From the NCBI RefSeq assembly GCF_009914755.1, contig NC_060932.1: 64,000 nt of DNA, one strand, 5' to 3'. Under the pieces are notes generated by a model. That model searched no databases and was not told the DNA's origin. It was given only the letters and a program-made list of their open reading frames with translations. Below, piece by piece: positions 1 through 14,658 of this stretch. Position numbers and translations under genes: made by a program. How positions within the stretch are numbered: position 1 is the stretch's first letter; the number at the start of each line of letters is the position of its first letter. This stretch comes from the human T2T-CHM13v2.0 reference genome, Homo sapiens.

Positions 1-379
1 TGTGAAGAGGTACATTATAGTTTCCATAATATAATCAGTTCTAAGACATTTATAAAGGTCGGACTTTTTCCATGATGCCCAGACTTTGGCTTGCCTTTCA
101 CCTTTTTATCAGAGTTTCCCCCCTACACACAGTTTTCAGTTTTAATTTTAAGACATATTTGCAAGAGCTGTTATCTACAACTTATATTTATTATACATCT
201 TAAGCTTAATCATGTGATGGCTGGAGAATGTGACAATTCTGGGAATCTGCATAGGAGTGGTAGCTACCTACGAGTTACTGTCCCATGTTAGACACCACAT
301 TCTACTCTAGTCTCTCAAACTGCATTAGTACATAAGGCTTTAAAATGATATCAATGCCTGTGGTTGTCATTTTTGGTTC

Positions 380-1730
<1,351 letters not shown>

Positions 1731-1734
1731 ATAA

Positions 1735-2041
<307 letters not shown>

Positions 2042-2322
2042 TAATATTTGTGAGATAATGTATTATATTTCATAACTATTTAAATATATTAATATTACTA
2101 GTTTATATTATACAGTTTATAATAGATGAACTATGTATGTATATTTAAATAAGTTAATACATATGTGTATGTGCATATGTACATACATAATCTTTTCCAT
2201 TGAGCAAGCTTGACCTAGTAAAATTCATAAAGAAAGCTGCTTTGTTTTTCTCAGACCAGTGCTTCAATCACAGTCTATCAGATCCTCATTGGCTTTGGAT
2301 GATATTTTTGACAAATCCCATA

Positions 2323-2795
2323 TGCATCAGTCTGGGTCACATCAGGAAACAGATGGCGCAGTCAGCATTGAAATATAAAGGAGTTTAATAAGGTGGTGTT
2401 TACAGAGATAATGGTAAGATCAAGGAAACTGAGAAGAAATCCTGAAGCACCCAGGGACTCCCGACAGTGGGAGCTAATGCGCTGTAGCCCTGCAGAGGTA
2501 GGGTTAGAGAGCTGAAACTGTAGCTGGGGGACCCCACAGGGATGGTCCCCATGGGTAAGAAACACAGGCACTAGCCAGCTATACCCGTGGTATAAGTTTA
2601 GGTGAAATAAATACCTTGACTGTCCTTTCCTCCCTGTCTCTACTGCTCTGCTGCTACCTCATTGGCTGGGTATAATCAGAAGCTGAAGACATGGGAGCCC
2701 AGGTCATGCAGTGTGTGGAGTTCACTCTTCTGGGCAAGGAGCAGGAAGAAAAGTGCAAAAAATGCATTAGATGTGCAAACGGAGTGACCGGTACA
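2323..2795. mobile_element. Possible old ERVL/MaLR-class solo LTR
   Basis: Starts tgcatcagtctgggtcacatcaggaaacagatggc and is higher in GC than its flanks. Family not resolved. Confidence 0.4.
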
Positions 2796-3467
2796 GTACA
2801 GCTTCTTGGTGAATTTTAGGCCTTCAGTTATCTCATTTTCAAGTTTCAACGTTCAGCCAAGTTTATACAAAAATGTGAATCTCACATTTAGCTTAAAATG
2901 ACTCCCTTTCCACCCCACGGCATTCAGGCCGCCCTGAACTCCGTATTGTACAGCCTTTTTCTCTCCTCCCCTGCCCATCGTTTTGCCTCTGGCTTCTCCA
3001 GGACAGAGGCAGGTCTTGTGGGATGTGAATGAGAGTTAAGAGGACATTGACCTTTATACTCAGTTAGTGTTGTTTCTTGCTCTAGAGCAACTGAAAAATA
3101 CTTCTCATCACGGCAAGCATCCAGAATGATCAATCATTTATGGGCTACTTAGTAGGATAGTTACGGACCATCACCTGGTAAACCATATCCTTGACATGAT
3201 CCATGCCCTCTTCTCCTGCTGTTTGGAGACATCTTTCAGCTTCTGTCCTTTGGTGATGTCAGGATATTAGTGTCTGCATAGGTCACCTGTCTGAGTTACC
3301 TTTCCACTAATTTATAGCTTTGTATGTTGTAGAAAACGGGTAGGAAAGCATGTGATTCATTTCTACAGTAATGGAAATTGTGTCTGGTAGAATGCAATTG
3401 ATTATTGCTCTATGGATTCTTGCCAGCTTTGCATTTGCGTAATAGATGCAAAACTGGCAAGAATCCA

Positions 3468-4111
3468 TTTTTTCATAAAGAGGACAACAGAAATACTACA
3501 GTACTGTTCATATTATACCTTAGACATTCTACAGTATAATTTGCATCTATTACGCAAATTATAATTTCAACGTTCCTGGTGGGCTTTTATATTTGTCTGT
3601 CCTTTGGATTCCTTTCATGACCTTTTACTGATTCTATCATGAGCAAATGAGATAAAAACTTTGATTATGTGTTTGTTTTGTAAGAGAGTCATGATGTCAT
3701 CTTTTTTTTGTTTTTCTTTAAATGCTGTTTAACAGTATAGCATAACTCTTGACTTCTAGTATCTACTTGTTCCAGCAGGTAGGGTTCTTCCTGGATGACT
3801 TAGCCATATCTGACTGCTTTCTTCTGGTCGATGGGAATTCATGAGCCCTTGGCCCACTTTGCTACCACTCCTATACTCTTGTCTCATTCCTCTGTTCAGT
3901 ATAGCTCCAGACAGGCTTGGGTCAAGGAGGAAGCTTTATTTAGTTTGAAGGCACACTCAATTTCTCAAGCCCTATGTTTTGTTTTTCATTTGGAGCCTTT
4001 TTGCTTGGCTTAAAAGGAGATTAGGAGAATAACTATTCTCCCTTTTTTTCATAAAGAGGACAACAGAAATACTGCAGTACTGTTCATATTATACCTTAGA
4101 CATTCTACAGT
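3468..4111 (+). repeat. 68-bp dispersed direct repeat (3468-3535 and 4044-4111)
   Basis: ttttttcataaagaggacaacagaaatact(a/g)cagtactgttcatattataccttagacattctacagt occurs twice with one mismatch, offset 576 bp. Confidence 0.95.
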
Positions 4112-4174
4112 CATCTCCATCTTAGTCCCCTGATTCATTTGTTTCATCTTCCCTTTCATTTTCAGAGCCAGTTA

Positions 4175-4595
4175 GCTGTTGTTGTGGATTGAATTTCCTG
4201 GAAAGCAGGCTCTGAGATGAAGAGTAGTATGCTAACTGATTGGAATTGCTTTTAACTTAAGTGATGAAGTGAAGAAAGCAGGATTTGGGAAAGAGAGAGG
4301 TCTAGCTGTGATACAGTGTCTGTAAAGGCCTTAACAGCTCTTGTGGAAAGCTCTGAGGCTGGGAAGGCCTTTTAGAGTTTTCCTAATTTGATTAAAGAAG
4401 GCTGGTCCTTTTAAGTTCTTTATCATTCAGTTAATGGATGTACACCGCCCCTTGGAAGGGGCGGTGTGACATTGGAAGTGGTAGCTCTCTTTAGCTAAGA
4501 ACAAGTTGTGTGGGAGGCACTCTAGCTGCTAAAAGTCAGAAGTTGGGAAAATGAGTGTTTTGTCGTCGAGTGGGTAGGCCCACGAATGACAATAC
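4175..4595. mobile_element. Possible old ERVL/MaLR-class LTR
   Basis: The motif ttcctggaaagcaggctctgagatgaaga resembles the termini of ancient LTRs. Confidence 0.4.
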
Positions 4596-4639
4596 AGCTA
4601 TCTTTTATCATGTATACCATTATAGAACATTTTGATGTA

Positions 4640-6336
4640 TTTTTTATTTTTTTAACTTTTTTTTTTTTAGGTTCAGGGGGACATGTGCAGGTTTTTTATG
4701 TATGCAAATTCATGTCCTTGGGATTTGTCGTACAGATTATTTCATCACCGAGTAGTAAGCCTAGCACCCAATAGTTTTTTATTTTTTTAATCGTCTCCCT
4801 CCTCCCAACCTCCACCCTCAAATAGGCCACGGTGTGTCTGTTGTTACCTCTTTGTGTCCTTGTGTTTTCAACATTTAGCTCCCATTTATAAGTGAGAAGA
4901 AGCAGTATTCGGTTTTCTATTCCTGTGTTAGTTTGCAAAGGATAATGGCCTGCAGCTACATCCATGTTTCCACAAAGGACATGATCTCGTTCCTTTTTAT
5001 GGCTGCATAGTATTCCATGGTGTATATATACCACATTTTCTTTATGCAATCTGTCATTGATGGGCATTTAGGTTGATTCCACGTATTTGCAATTTTGAGT
5101 AGTGCTGCAATGAACATACACATACATGCATCTTTATGGTAGAATGACTTATATTCTTTTGGGTATATAGCCAGTAGCAAGACTGCTGGGTGGAATGGTA
5201 GTTCTGTTTTTAGGTCTTTGAGAAATTGTCAGACTGTTTTTCACAATGGTTGGACTAATTTATTATCCAAACAATGGTATATAAGCATTGCCTTTTCTGT
5301 GCAACCTTGCCAGCATCTGTTATGCTTTGACTTGTTAATGATAGACATTCTGACTGGTGTAAGATGGTATCTCATTGTAGTTTTGTTTTGCATTTCACTA
5401 ATGATAAGTGATATTGATATTTCTTCCATATGCATTGTTGGCTACATGTATGTCTTCTTTTGAAAAGTGTCTACTCATGTTCTTTGCCCACTTTTTAATG
5501 GGGTTGTTTGTTTGTTTTCATATAAATTTGTTTAAGTTCCTTATAGATGGCAGGATATTAGACCATTGTCAGAGGCATAGTTTGCAAATGTTTTCTCCCA
5601 TTCTGTGGATTGTCTGTTTACTCTGCTGATAGTATCTTTTACTGTGCAGAAGCTCTTAAGTTTAATTAGAACCCATCTATCAATTTGCTTTTGTTGTAAT
5701 TGCTTTCGGCGTATTTGCCATGAAATCTTTGCCAGTTTCTGTGTCCAGAATGGTATTGCCTAGGCTGTCTTCCAAAGTTTTTATAGTTTGGGGTTTCACA
5801 GTTATGTCTTTAATCCATCTTGAGTTGATTTTTTTATATGGTGTAAGGAAGGGGCCCAGTTTCAATCTTCTGCATATGGCTAGTCAGTTACCCCAGCATC
5901 ATTTATTGAATGGGGAGTGTTTTCTTCATTGCTTGTTTTTGTCAGCTGTGCCGAAGATCAGATGACTATAAGCGTGTGGCCGTTTCTGGGCTTTCTATTC
6001 TATTTCATTGGTCTATTCTTCTGTTTTTGTACTAGTAACATACTGTTTTGGTTACTGTAGCCCTGTAGTATAGTTTGAAGTCAGGTGATGTGATGTCTCC
6101 AGTTTTGCTAGGATTGCTTTGGCTATTCGGGCTCTTTTTTGTTTGTTTGTTTGTTTCCATATGAATTTCAAAATAGTTTTTTCTAGTTCTGTGAAGAGTG
6201 TCATTGATAGCTGGATAGGAACAGCATTGAATCTACAAATTGCACTAAACAGTGTGACCATTTTAATGATATTGATTCTTCCTATACATGAGCATGGAAT
6301 GCTTTTCCAATTGTTTGTGTTACCTCTGAATTATTT
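4640..6336 (-). mobile_element. L1 (L1PA13-16/PB-like) 3' portion
   Basis: T-rich tail, old L1PA-type 3' UTR (tacagattatttcatcacc...), and ORF2 C-terminal remnants (ORFs 4956, 5241, 5680, 6052). Confidence 0.93.
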
Positions 6337-6337
6337 G

Positions 6338-7274
6338 CAGATACATTCACAGCTGAATTCTACCAGATGTACAAAGAGCAGCTGGTACCATTCCTACTGA
6401 AACTATTCCAGGAAATTGAGGGGGAGAGACTCTTCTCTACCTCATTCTATGAGGCCAGCATAATCCTGATACCAAAACCTGGCAGATAGAACAAAAACAG
6501 AAAACCTCAGGCCAATATCCTTAATAAACACGAATGCAAAAAATCATCAACGAAATACTAGCAAACCAAAGCCAGCAGCACTTCAAAAAGCTAATCCACT
6601 ATGATCAAGTAGACTTCATCCCCACGATGTAAGTTTGGCTCACAACATGCAAATTAATAAGTGTGATTCATCACGTAAATAGAACTGAGGACAAAAGCCA
6701 CATGATTACCTCAATAGTTACAGAAAGGGATTTCAATAAAATTCAACAACCATTCAGGTTAAAAACTCTCAATAAACTAGATATTGAAGGAACCTACCTC
6801 AAAATAATAAGAGCCATCTATGATAAACCGACAGTCAACATCATACTGAATGGGCAAAAGCTCTGTCCCTTGAAAAATGACACAAAATAAGGATGTCCTC
6901 TCTCACCACTCCTATTTAACATAGTATTGATAGTCCTGGCCGAGCAATCAGGCAAGAGAAAGAAATAAAGGGCATCCACATAGGAAGACAGGAAATCAAA
7001 TTATCCGTGTTTGCAGATGACATGATCCTACATCTAGAAAACCCCATATTCTTGGCCGAAAAGCTCCTTAAGTTGATAAACAACTTCAACAAAGTCTCAG
7101 GATATGAAATCAATGTGCAAAAATCACTAAGAGTCCTATACGCCAAGCCAAGAGTCAAATAAGGAATAAACTTTCATTCACAGTTGACACAAAAAGAAAA
7201 AATATGTAGGAGTACAGCTAACTAAGGAGGTGAAAGGTCTCTGCAAGGAGAATTACAAACCATTGCTCAAAGAA
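6338..7274 (+). mobile_element. Inverted 5' segment of the same L1 (RT region)
   Basis: Sense ORF2 RT remnants ([15 protein letters not shown]..., the FADDM codons tttgcagatgacatg). Ends at the L1 position where the minus-strand part begins. Confidence 0.9.
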
Positions 7275-7444
7275 TTCTATTTTAAATTTAATAAGAATTA
7301 TAAATAAATTTTATTCTTAAACCTAAAATTTAAAAATAACATTGCAATTTGGTATCTGCTATTGTTGTTAATCTTAGGATTTTTTTCTATACTACAAAAT
7401 TACTCATTCAAAGTAATATATGTGTGAGAATATAGGCTATTAGA

Positions 7445-7910
7445 ACATTTATTTATTAGCTCATTCAGTTGATATGTACTATGCTATAGGTACTTGACTA
7501 GACTGGGGATGTAGAGATGAAGACACACAACTTTCCCTATAATATGGTGAAGTAGAGTGCCAAGAACAGACATTTAAACCAAATATGGGGTAAACACCAT
7601 AACACACTCTTTGTTCTGCCCTGATTAGCCTGGGCCTTTTGTGGTGCAAGTGGCTTCTGTTGTGTAGGTAGAGGCAGTCTAAAGCTCCTTGGCTCTTGAG
7701 CAAGAATGTTAGGGTTTGAATCTTCCCTGCTGCTTTCAGATGTGTAATATTGGGTAAGTTTCATAATTCCTCTTATCTCCTCATGTATAAAATGTGGGTA
7801 ATATACCCTTGTAAAAATAATGATATTGAACTTAAGGAGTTTAACACAATTCATAAATTAGGTTAAGAACTCATAACAAGTTGACATTAATAGCAATTAT
7901 TATTGCTAAA
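7445..7910. mobile_element. L2 3' remnant (-) followed by MIR (+)
   Basis: tcattcag...ctggggatgtagagatgaagacaca is L2-like. ggtttgaatc...tgggtaagtt...ctcctcatgtataaaatgtgggtaata matches the MIR core. Confidence 0.55.
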
Positions 7911-7999
7911 CTCTAGCTTTCTTTTTCTCTGCTATCTTACATTTAATCTGTTAATGTGCCTCCTTCTGTCTCTACTTAATGCTAGTGTTGTAAAAAAAT

Positions 8000-9370
8000 T
8001 TCTTATGAATTTTAAAATACTTTTTCTAATTCTCTGAAGAATGTCATTGACAGATTGATAGGAATAACATTTAATCTATAAATTGCTAGGGGCAGTATGG
8101 CCATTTTAATGATATTGATTTTTCCTATCCATAAGAATAGGATGTTTTTTCATTTGTGTCATCTGATTTTTTTTCAGCAGTGTTTTGTAGTTCTCATTAT
8201 ACAGATCTCTCACCTCCCAGGTGAGTTGTATTCTTAGGTATTTTATTCTTTTTGTGGCAGTTGTGAATGGGATTCCATTCCTGTTTTGGCTCTTGGCTTG
8301 ACTGTTGTTGTTGTATAGTAATGCTGAAAATTTTTGTACATTGATGTTTTTCTCTTGAAACTTTGCTGAAGTTGTTTATCAGTTTAAAGAGCTTTTGGGC
8401 CAAGACTATCTGATTTTCTAGACATAGAATCATGTAATCTGCAAACAGGGAGAGTTCGACTTCCTCTCTTCCTATTTGATGCACTTTATTTCATTCTCTT
8501 GCGTCATTGCTCTGGCCAGGACTTTCAATACTCTGTTTAATGTGAATGGTGAGAGAGAACATGCTTATCTTTTGCTGGTTTTCAGGGAAAATGCTTCCAG
8601 GTTTTGCCCATTCAGTATGATGTTGGCTGTATGTTTGTCATACATGGCTCTTAATATTTTGAGGTGTGTTCCTTCCATACCTAGTTTATTGTGAGTTTTT
8701 AACATGAAAATATGTTGAATTTAATCAGTAGCCTTCTATGCATCTATTGTAATAATCCTGTGATTTTTGTATTTAGTTTTGTTTATGTGATGAATTACAT
8801 TTATTGATTTGCGTTTCTTGAACCAACCTTGCATCCTGGGGATACAGCCTACTTGATCATGGTGGATTAGCTTTTTGATGTGCTGCTGTATGTCATTCGC
8901 AAGTATTTTGTTGAGAACATTTTCATTAATGTTCACCAAGGATATTGGCCTGAATTTTTTTTGTTGTTATTGTTGTGTCTGTGACAGGTTTTGGTATCAG
9001 GATGATGATGGCCTTATAGAATGAACTGGGGAGGAGCCCCCCTCTTTAATTTTTTGGAATTGTTTCCATAGGAATCATGCCATCTCTTCTTTGTACACGT
9101 GATGGAATTCAGCTGTAAATTCATCTGGGCCTGGGTTTTTCTTCAGTTGGTAGGCTATTTATTACTGATTCAGTTTCAGAGCTTGTTACTGGTTTGTTCA
9201 GGGAATGAATTTCTTCCTGGTTAAGTCTTAGGAGGATGTATATGTTTAGAAATGTATTCATCTTTTCCAGATTTTCTAATTTGTTTGGATAGAGGTTTTC
9301 ATAGTAGTCTCTGATGGTTATTTGTATTTCCGTTGGGTCAGTGATAACATCCCTGTTGTTGTTTCTAGTT
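8000..9370 (-). mobile_element. L1 ORF2 internal fragment (older PA/PB)
   Basis: ORFs 8197, 8736 and 9121 are ORF2 remnants ([40 protein letters not shown]). Confidence 0.92.
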
Positions 9371-11429
9371 CGAACACTTTGATTTAAATGTGGAGGCACT
9401 TAGCCTATGCTCTAATCATCATTCCACTTTAACAAGAATTTTAATAGTCCCTGTTTTATGAAGTACATATATACATACTTGTGTATGTGTACAATAATCT
9501 TTCAATGCATATAAAATATATGAAAAGATAGTAATTAAAATACTAAAAGTTGGAACCTCTAGGTGAAAAGATTTTAGGATTTTTTCATTTTTTACATATT
9601 AAATATTTTGAATTTCCTAAATTAAAAATTCAGGAAGTAAAGTTCTGAATTAAAAACAAGTGAGCAAATAGCAACGACAACAAAAAAAACAGCATCTCAT
9701 TTAGTTCATGATAGAATTTATTAAAGATGATTTGGCAGCCCTTGGCTTTCAGAATGAAGACTTCACCACTACCACGCCTGGGCAAAGATACCAAAAGTTA
9801 CATTGCTGACGCTGGGCATAGGATACTATGACTACTGCCAAAGTTTTGATGACTGTATGATCACATTTGCCCAAAAACGAATTCCATGTGGACACTCACT
9901 TACCAATCAGTTTTGTATGGGTGTATCTAATCCACAAGGTCTGTGTCACCTTCAGGAATTATAAATTAGGGAAATCTCCAAAATAGAAAATGTATTAGAA
10001 AGATGTTGAGTAGACAGAAAACATGGCAATTGACCATTACCATGTATAGCCCTAATATAAATAGAAAAAAATAAAGTTTTATTTATTTGACAAATTTCTT
10101 GACTTCTGACCTCCTTTGCACAAACCTATTGTTTATGCTTTGAAAGTAATTTTTAAAAATAAAGTTGGAATACGAATTACCTAGTTGAACTATGAATCAG
10201 CTAGTAAAACTAGCTTGTGTTCACAGTGTTGCTGCTTCTTCTAAGGTGTACTTTTCCTTATTTGTAAAATAGAAGCAATGATACCTGTTTTGCCGGCTTA
10301 TTGTTTGTATCCTACAAAATTATTTTTAAATGGTTAACTTGTAGTAGACATTATGTAAACAGTAATTGAGTATTGTTAATATTACTGGTATCATTCTTGT
10401 CATTGTTGTATTAACATGAATAGAGCAGGGGTCACAAGATTTTTAGGCTGATTATTTCTCCTGAGATTTTTGGTAATTTATGCCATTTTTTTAAGGAAAA
10501 TAAATAATATTGACAATTTTTCTATTGGCTAGAAAAATTGTGGCTATTCCCAATATAAATAGAAAAAAAAAGTAAATGTAAGTTGTCCTGTCAGACCCTG
10601 TGCATACAGAATATATACCACTTTTCTCATGAGCCACACTGTTCTTTAGCTTCTTGGGAAATGTATGATATTATATATTTTTCTTGTCACTGGTTTTCCT
10701 CTTCTTTGTTCATGATATATTTACTTGTAGTTATTGCTGCAATAATCGTGAACATTCTTTTTTCTGAACAAGGGAAACTCAGTAATGAAGCTCTTGGTTT
10801 GTAGTTAGAAAGAGGATAATACTGTGGTATAAATTTATAGGTGAATTAAATATTTATTTCATTCTTAGAAATAAAATTTCTAAAGATCACTTGACCATGA
10901 AAATATTCTAGGGCAGCTTTCTGGTACAGAGCATTCTTCTATTTATTATTTTAATTAAAGATGTCTTACTGTATTTCACTCAGAAGTCTGTCTTCATCAG
11001 TTAGTTTTATAGTAAAGATGACATATTTGAGATGTATCTTTACTTGAAATATTTTTGTATAATTTATGTAAATTATATTTGGCAGTAGCTAAGATAAACA
11101 AAAAGGGACTTTAAACATCAAGAATTATATCTAATTTTCAAAAATGATAACATATAACATAATGCAATATAACTATGTGATTTTTTTTCTCTTTTAACTA
11201 CACTGTAAACTTCAGGAAGACAGGTGTCACTTTTCTTTCCATTCTACCCTAGTCTAGCACAAGAAAAAGTATAATAGCTAACTTTAAAAAATGTTTTGGA
11301 ATCCAGAATTAATAATTTTGCAAGACTATGGGAAATCATTATAGATGTTATTAAAAGCATTTTAATATATTTTACTCTCATACTCTAAAGAAACTTTGCC
11401 AGCTATAATTTGCTACCGGAAGGTGAAGA

Positions 11430-14100
11430 AGGATTGAAAATATAGGAAATATACTGAAATTAAATAAGAAAGTGGCTCCTTCACACAACATGCTGATGGA
11501 ACTGGCATATATCAGATGCCTGGGTATAGTAAAAAAATTTAAAAAATGAAAAAAAGCGGCGTTCTTTGGCCTGACATGGCTCTAAGGATTCAGAGAAAGC
11601 ATAGAACCTGCAGCTTCAACAGCACGGAAGCAGAGGAGTGGAGGATACCTTCAACATCCCTGACCTTTTATTGTGCTGCCCAAGGAACTGGTTTCTGTCC
11701 TGCCTCACTTGTAGCACTGAAGAAATTCCCACAGTTTGGAGGGTCAGCTAACAGGAAAGGAAAATGAGCAGGTGGCTTGAAGTACCCGGCGCATCTCAAT
11801 GAGATTGGGATAAGCTAGAAAACTCAAAGCATCTCCATAGGGAAGGAGGAAGAGAAGTAGACTGTGCCATTAGCATCACAGTCTGCAGTACATCAACATC
11901 TGCGTTACAACAGCCAGAGAGCAAGAGATTATGGACTCATGAAAAAAAAAAAAAAAGGAAAACCAATAAATCTCATCTTAAAATGACATGCATAAGTCCA
12001 GAGAAGAAACATCTGTATAAAATATTTGAGAGCTTCCCAGAATCTCAAATTAGAGTGTTTGGCAAAACTCTATCTGTGTCAAAGCCAGTTGGTAAATGTA
12101 ACAGAGAGTTACTTGTTTCTTCAAATGCCGAGATGGCAAAATATGCAAGAAACATAATCAGTTAAACATGACCGAATGAAGAGAACAACATAAATATTAT
12201 ATAACAGATTCAAAGCAATAGAGATTTATGAATTGCCTAAACAAGTTTTCAATATACTTATAAAGAATTTCAATGAGCTGCTAGAGAATACACATAAATA
12301 ACTAAATGAAATCAAGAACACAATACATGAACACAATTAGAATAAGGACAAAGTGATTAAAACTATTTAAAAAAGGTGAAATTCTGGAACTGAAGAATAC
12401 AGTAACTAAACTGAAAAACTTACTGAAAGACTTCAATAACAGATTTTATTTAGCAAAAGGTAGAACATTTGAAATAATCCCAGTCAGAGTCGCATAAAAT
12501 GAAAATAAAGCATAAAAGATGACATAATCTCGTATGTAGAAAACATTAAAGACCCCACAAACAAAAACAACAGCAAATGCAAATTGTTAGGGCTACTATA
12601 TGAATTAGCAAAGTTAGAAGATGCAAAATCAACACACAAAAATCAAGTTGTGTTTCTATACATTAACATCAAACTATCTGAAAAGAAAATTAAAACAATC
12701 CCGCTTAATATGGAATAAAATACTTAGACTTAACATTAGTCAGTGATATGAAAAGCTTGTACACTTAAAACTACAAATCAATTATGAAAGACATTAAAGA
12801 AATACAAATAGATAAAAAAACCATTATGTTCATAGATTGAACACTTAATAGTGATAAAACGTTCAGACTTTCCTAATCAGTCTACGGATTTACTGCAATC
12901 CCTATCAAAAATCTCAATGACTTTTTTTTTTTTACATAATTTGAAAAGTAATTGTAAAATTCACATGGAACCTCCTCCCCTCCCGCAAAATGCCATGAAC
13001 AGCCAAAGAAGTTTTGAGAAAGAAAAGCAAAGCTGGAGGCATTATACTTCTTAATTTCAAAATACATTACAAAGCAACAAAAATTAAAACAGAATGATAC
13101 TGGCATAAAGACAGACATATAAACCAATAGAACAGAAGAGAGAGCCCGGAAATAAATCCACACCTATATAGTTAGCTGGCCTTCAACAAAGATGCCAAGA
13201 ATACACAATAGAGAAAGAGTAGTCTCCTCAACAAATGACATTGGAAAAGCTGAGGATTCACAAACAACAACAACAACAACAACAACAAATTCAACCCTTA
13301 TATACAAACATCAACTCAAATGGAGATTTGAATGTAAGATCTGAATCCATTAAACTTGTAAAAGAAAATATAAGGGAAAAGCTTTATGACATTTGTCTAG
13401 GGAATGTTTTCTTGGATATGACACCAAAAGCACAAGCAACAAAAGCAAATACAGACAAGTGGAACTACATCAAACTAAAAACTTTTGCATACCAAAGAAA
13501 AAGGTCCGCAGAGTGAAAGGCAACTTACTGGATGAGAAATAATATATGCTAGCTACATATCCAAAAGGGGTTAATATCTAAAATGTATAAAGAATTTCTA
13601 CAGCTCAATGGCAAAATAAAATAGCAAAAGGACCTGAATAGACATTCTTAGGAAAACTTTTGAATGGCCATTGGGTTAAAAAGATGGCAAAAATGATTAG
13701 TGAATCATCAGAAAAATGCAAATTAAAAATTCCAGTAGCACCTCACACACATCTTACAGTGATCAAAAAGGAAGAAGACAAGGAAGGAAGGAAGGAAAAA
13801 AGGAAGAAGGAAGTTAACGTGCTAGGGAGAATGTGAAGAAATTGGAACACTTGTACGCTGGTGGTGAGAATGTAAAATGGTGAAATGGTGCAACTGACAT
13901 GAAAAGCAGTATGGAGATTCTTCAAACACTTAAAAATAGAACAACCATATAATCCAGCAATCTTACATCTGAGTATATATCCAAAATAATAGAAACCAGA
14001 ATCCTGAAGAGATATTAATATTCCCATGTTCATTGCAGTACTAATCACAATACACAAAATATAGAAATAACTTAAATGTCCATTGATATATAAATGATAA
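11430..14100 (+). mobile_element. Old L1M (MA/MB-like): 5'/ORF1 remnant joined to ORF2 3' half and 3' UTR
   Basis: ORF1-like gaaattctggaactgaagaatacagtaactaaactgaaaaa at about 12380. ORF2 remnants from about 12520 (DMTPKAQATKANTDKWNYIKLK). The 5' boundary is uncertain. Confidence 0.75.
13263..13288 (+). repeat. (CAA)n microsatellite within L1M
   Basis: aacaacaacaacaacaacaacaacaa. Confidence 0.9.
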
Positions 14101-14320
14101 GTATATTCAAAAATACATATTTTAGTTTATGTTTACATAATGTATAGTTAAATTATGAATAATTATATCAATATTTTAGAAATAGGAGTTTTTTTTAGAT
14201 AGATGTCTCTAAGTTCTCCTTAACTACAAAAATTTAAGCCACTGTGAAGGGGAACTTTCATGATACAATTTTTATTCAGATTTATGGGCTCCTTAAATAT
14301 TATTAAAATTGATTAGGTGC

Positions 14321-14658
<338 letters not shown>

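Noticed and set aside
10050-10575. About 20-bp match aatataaatagaaaaaaa at about 10054 and 10552
   Set aside because: Low-complexity A-rich sequence that is compatible with chance.
13235-13516. PolyQ-containing ORF
   Set aside because: (CAA)n microsatellite inside a decayed L1M ORF2.
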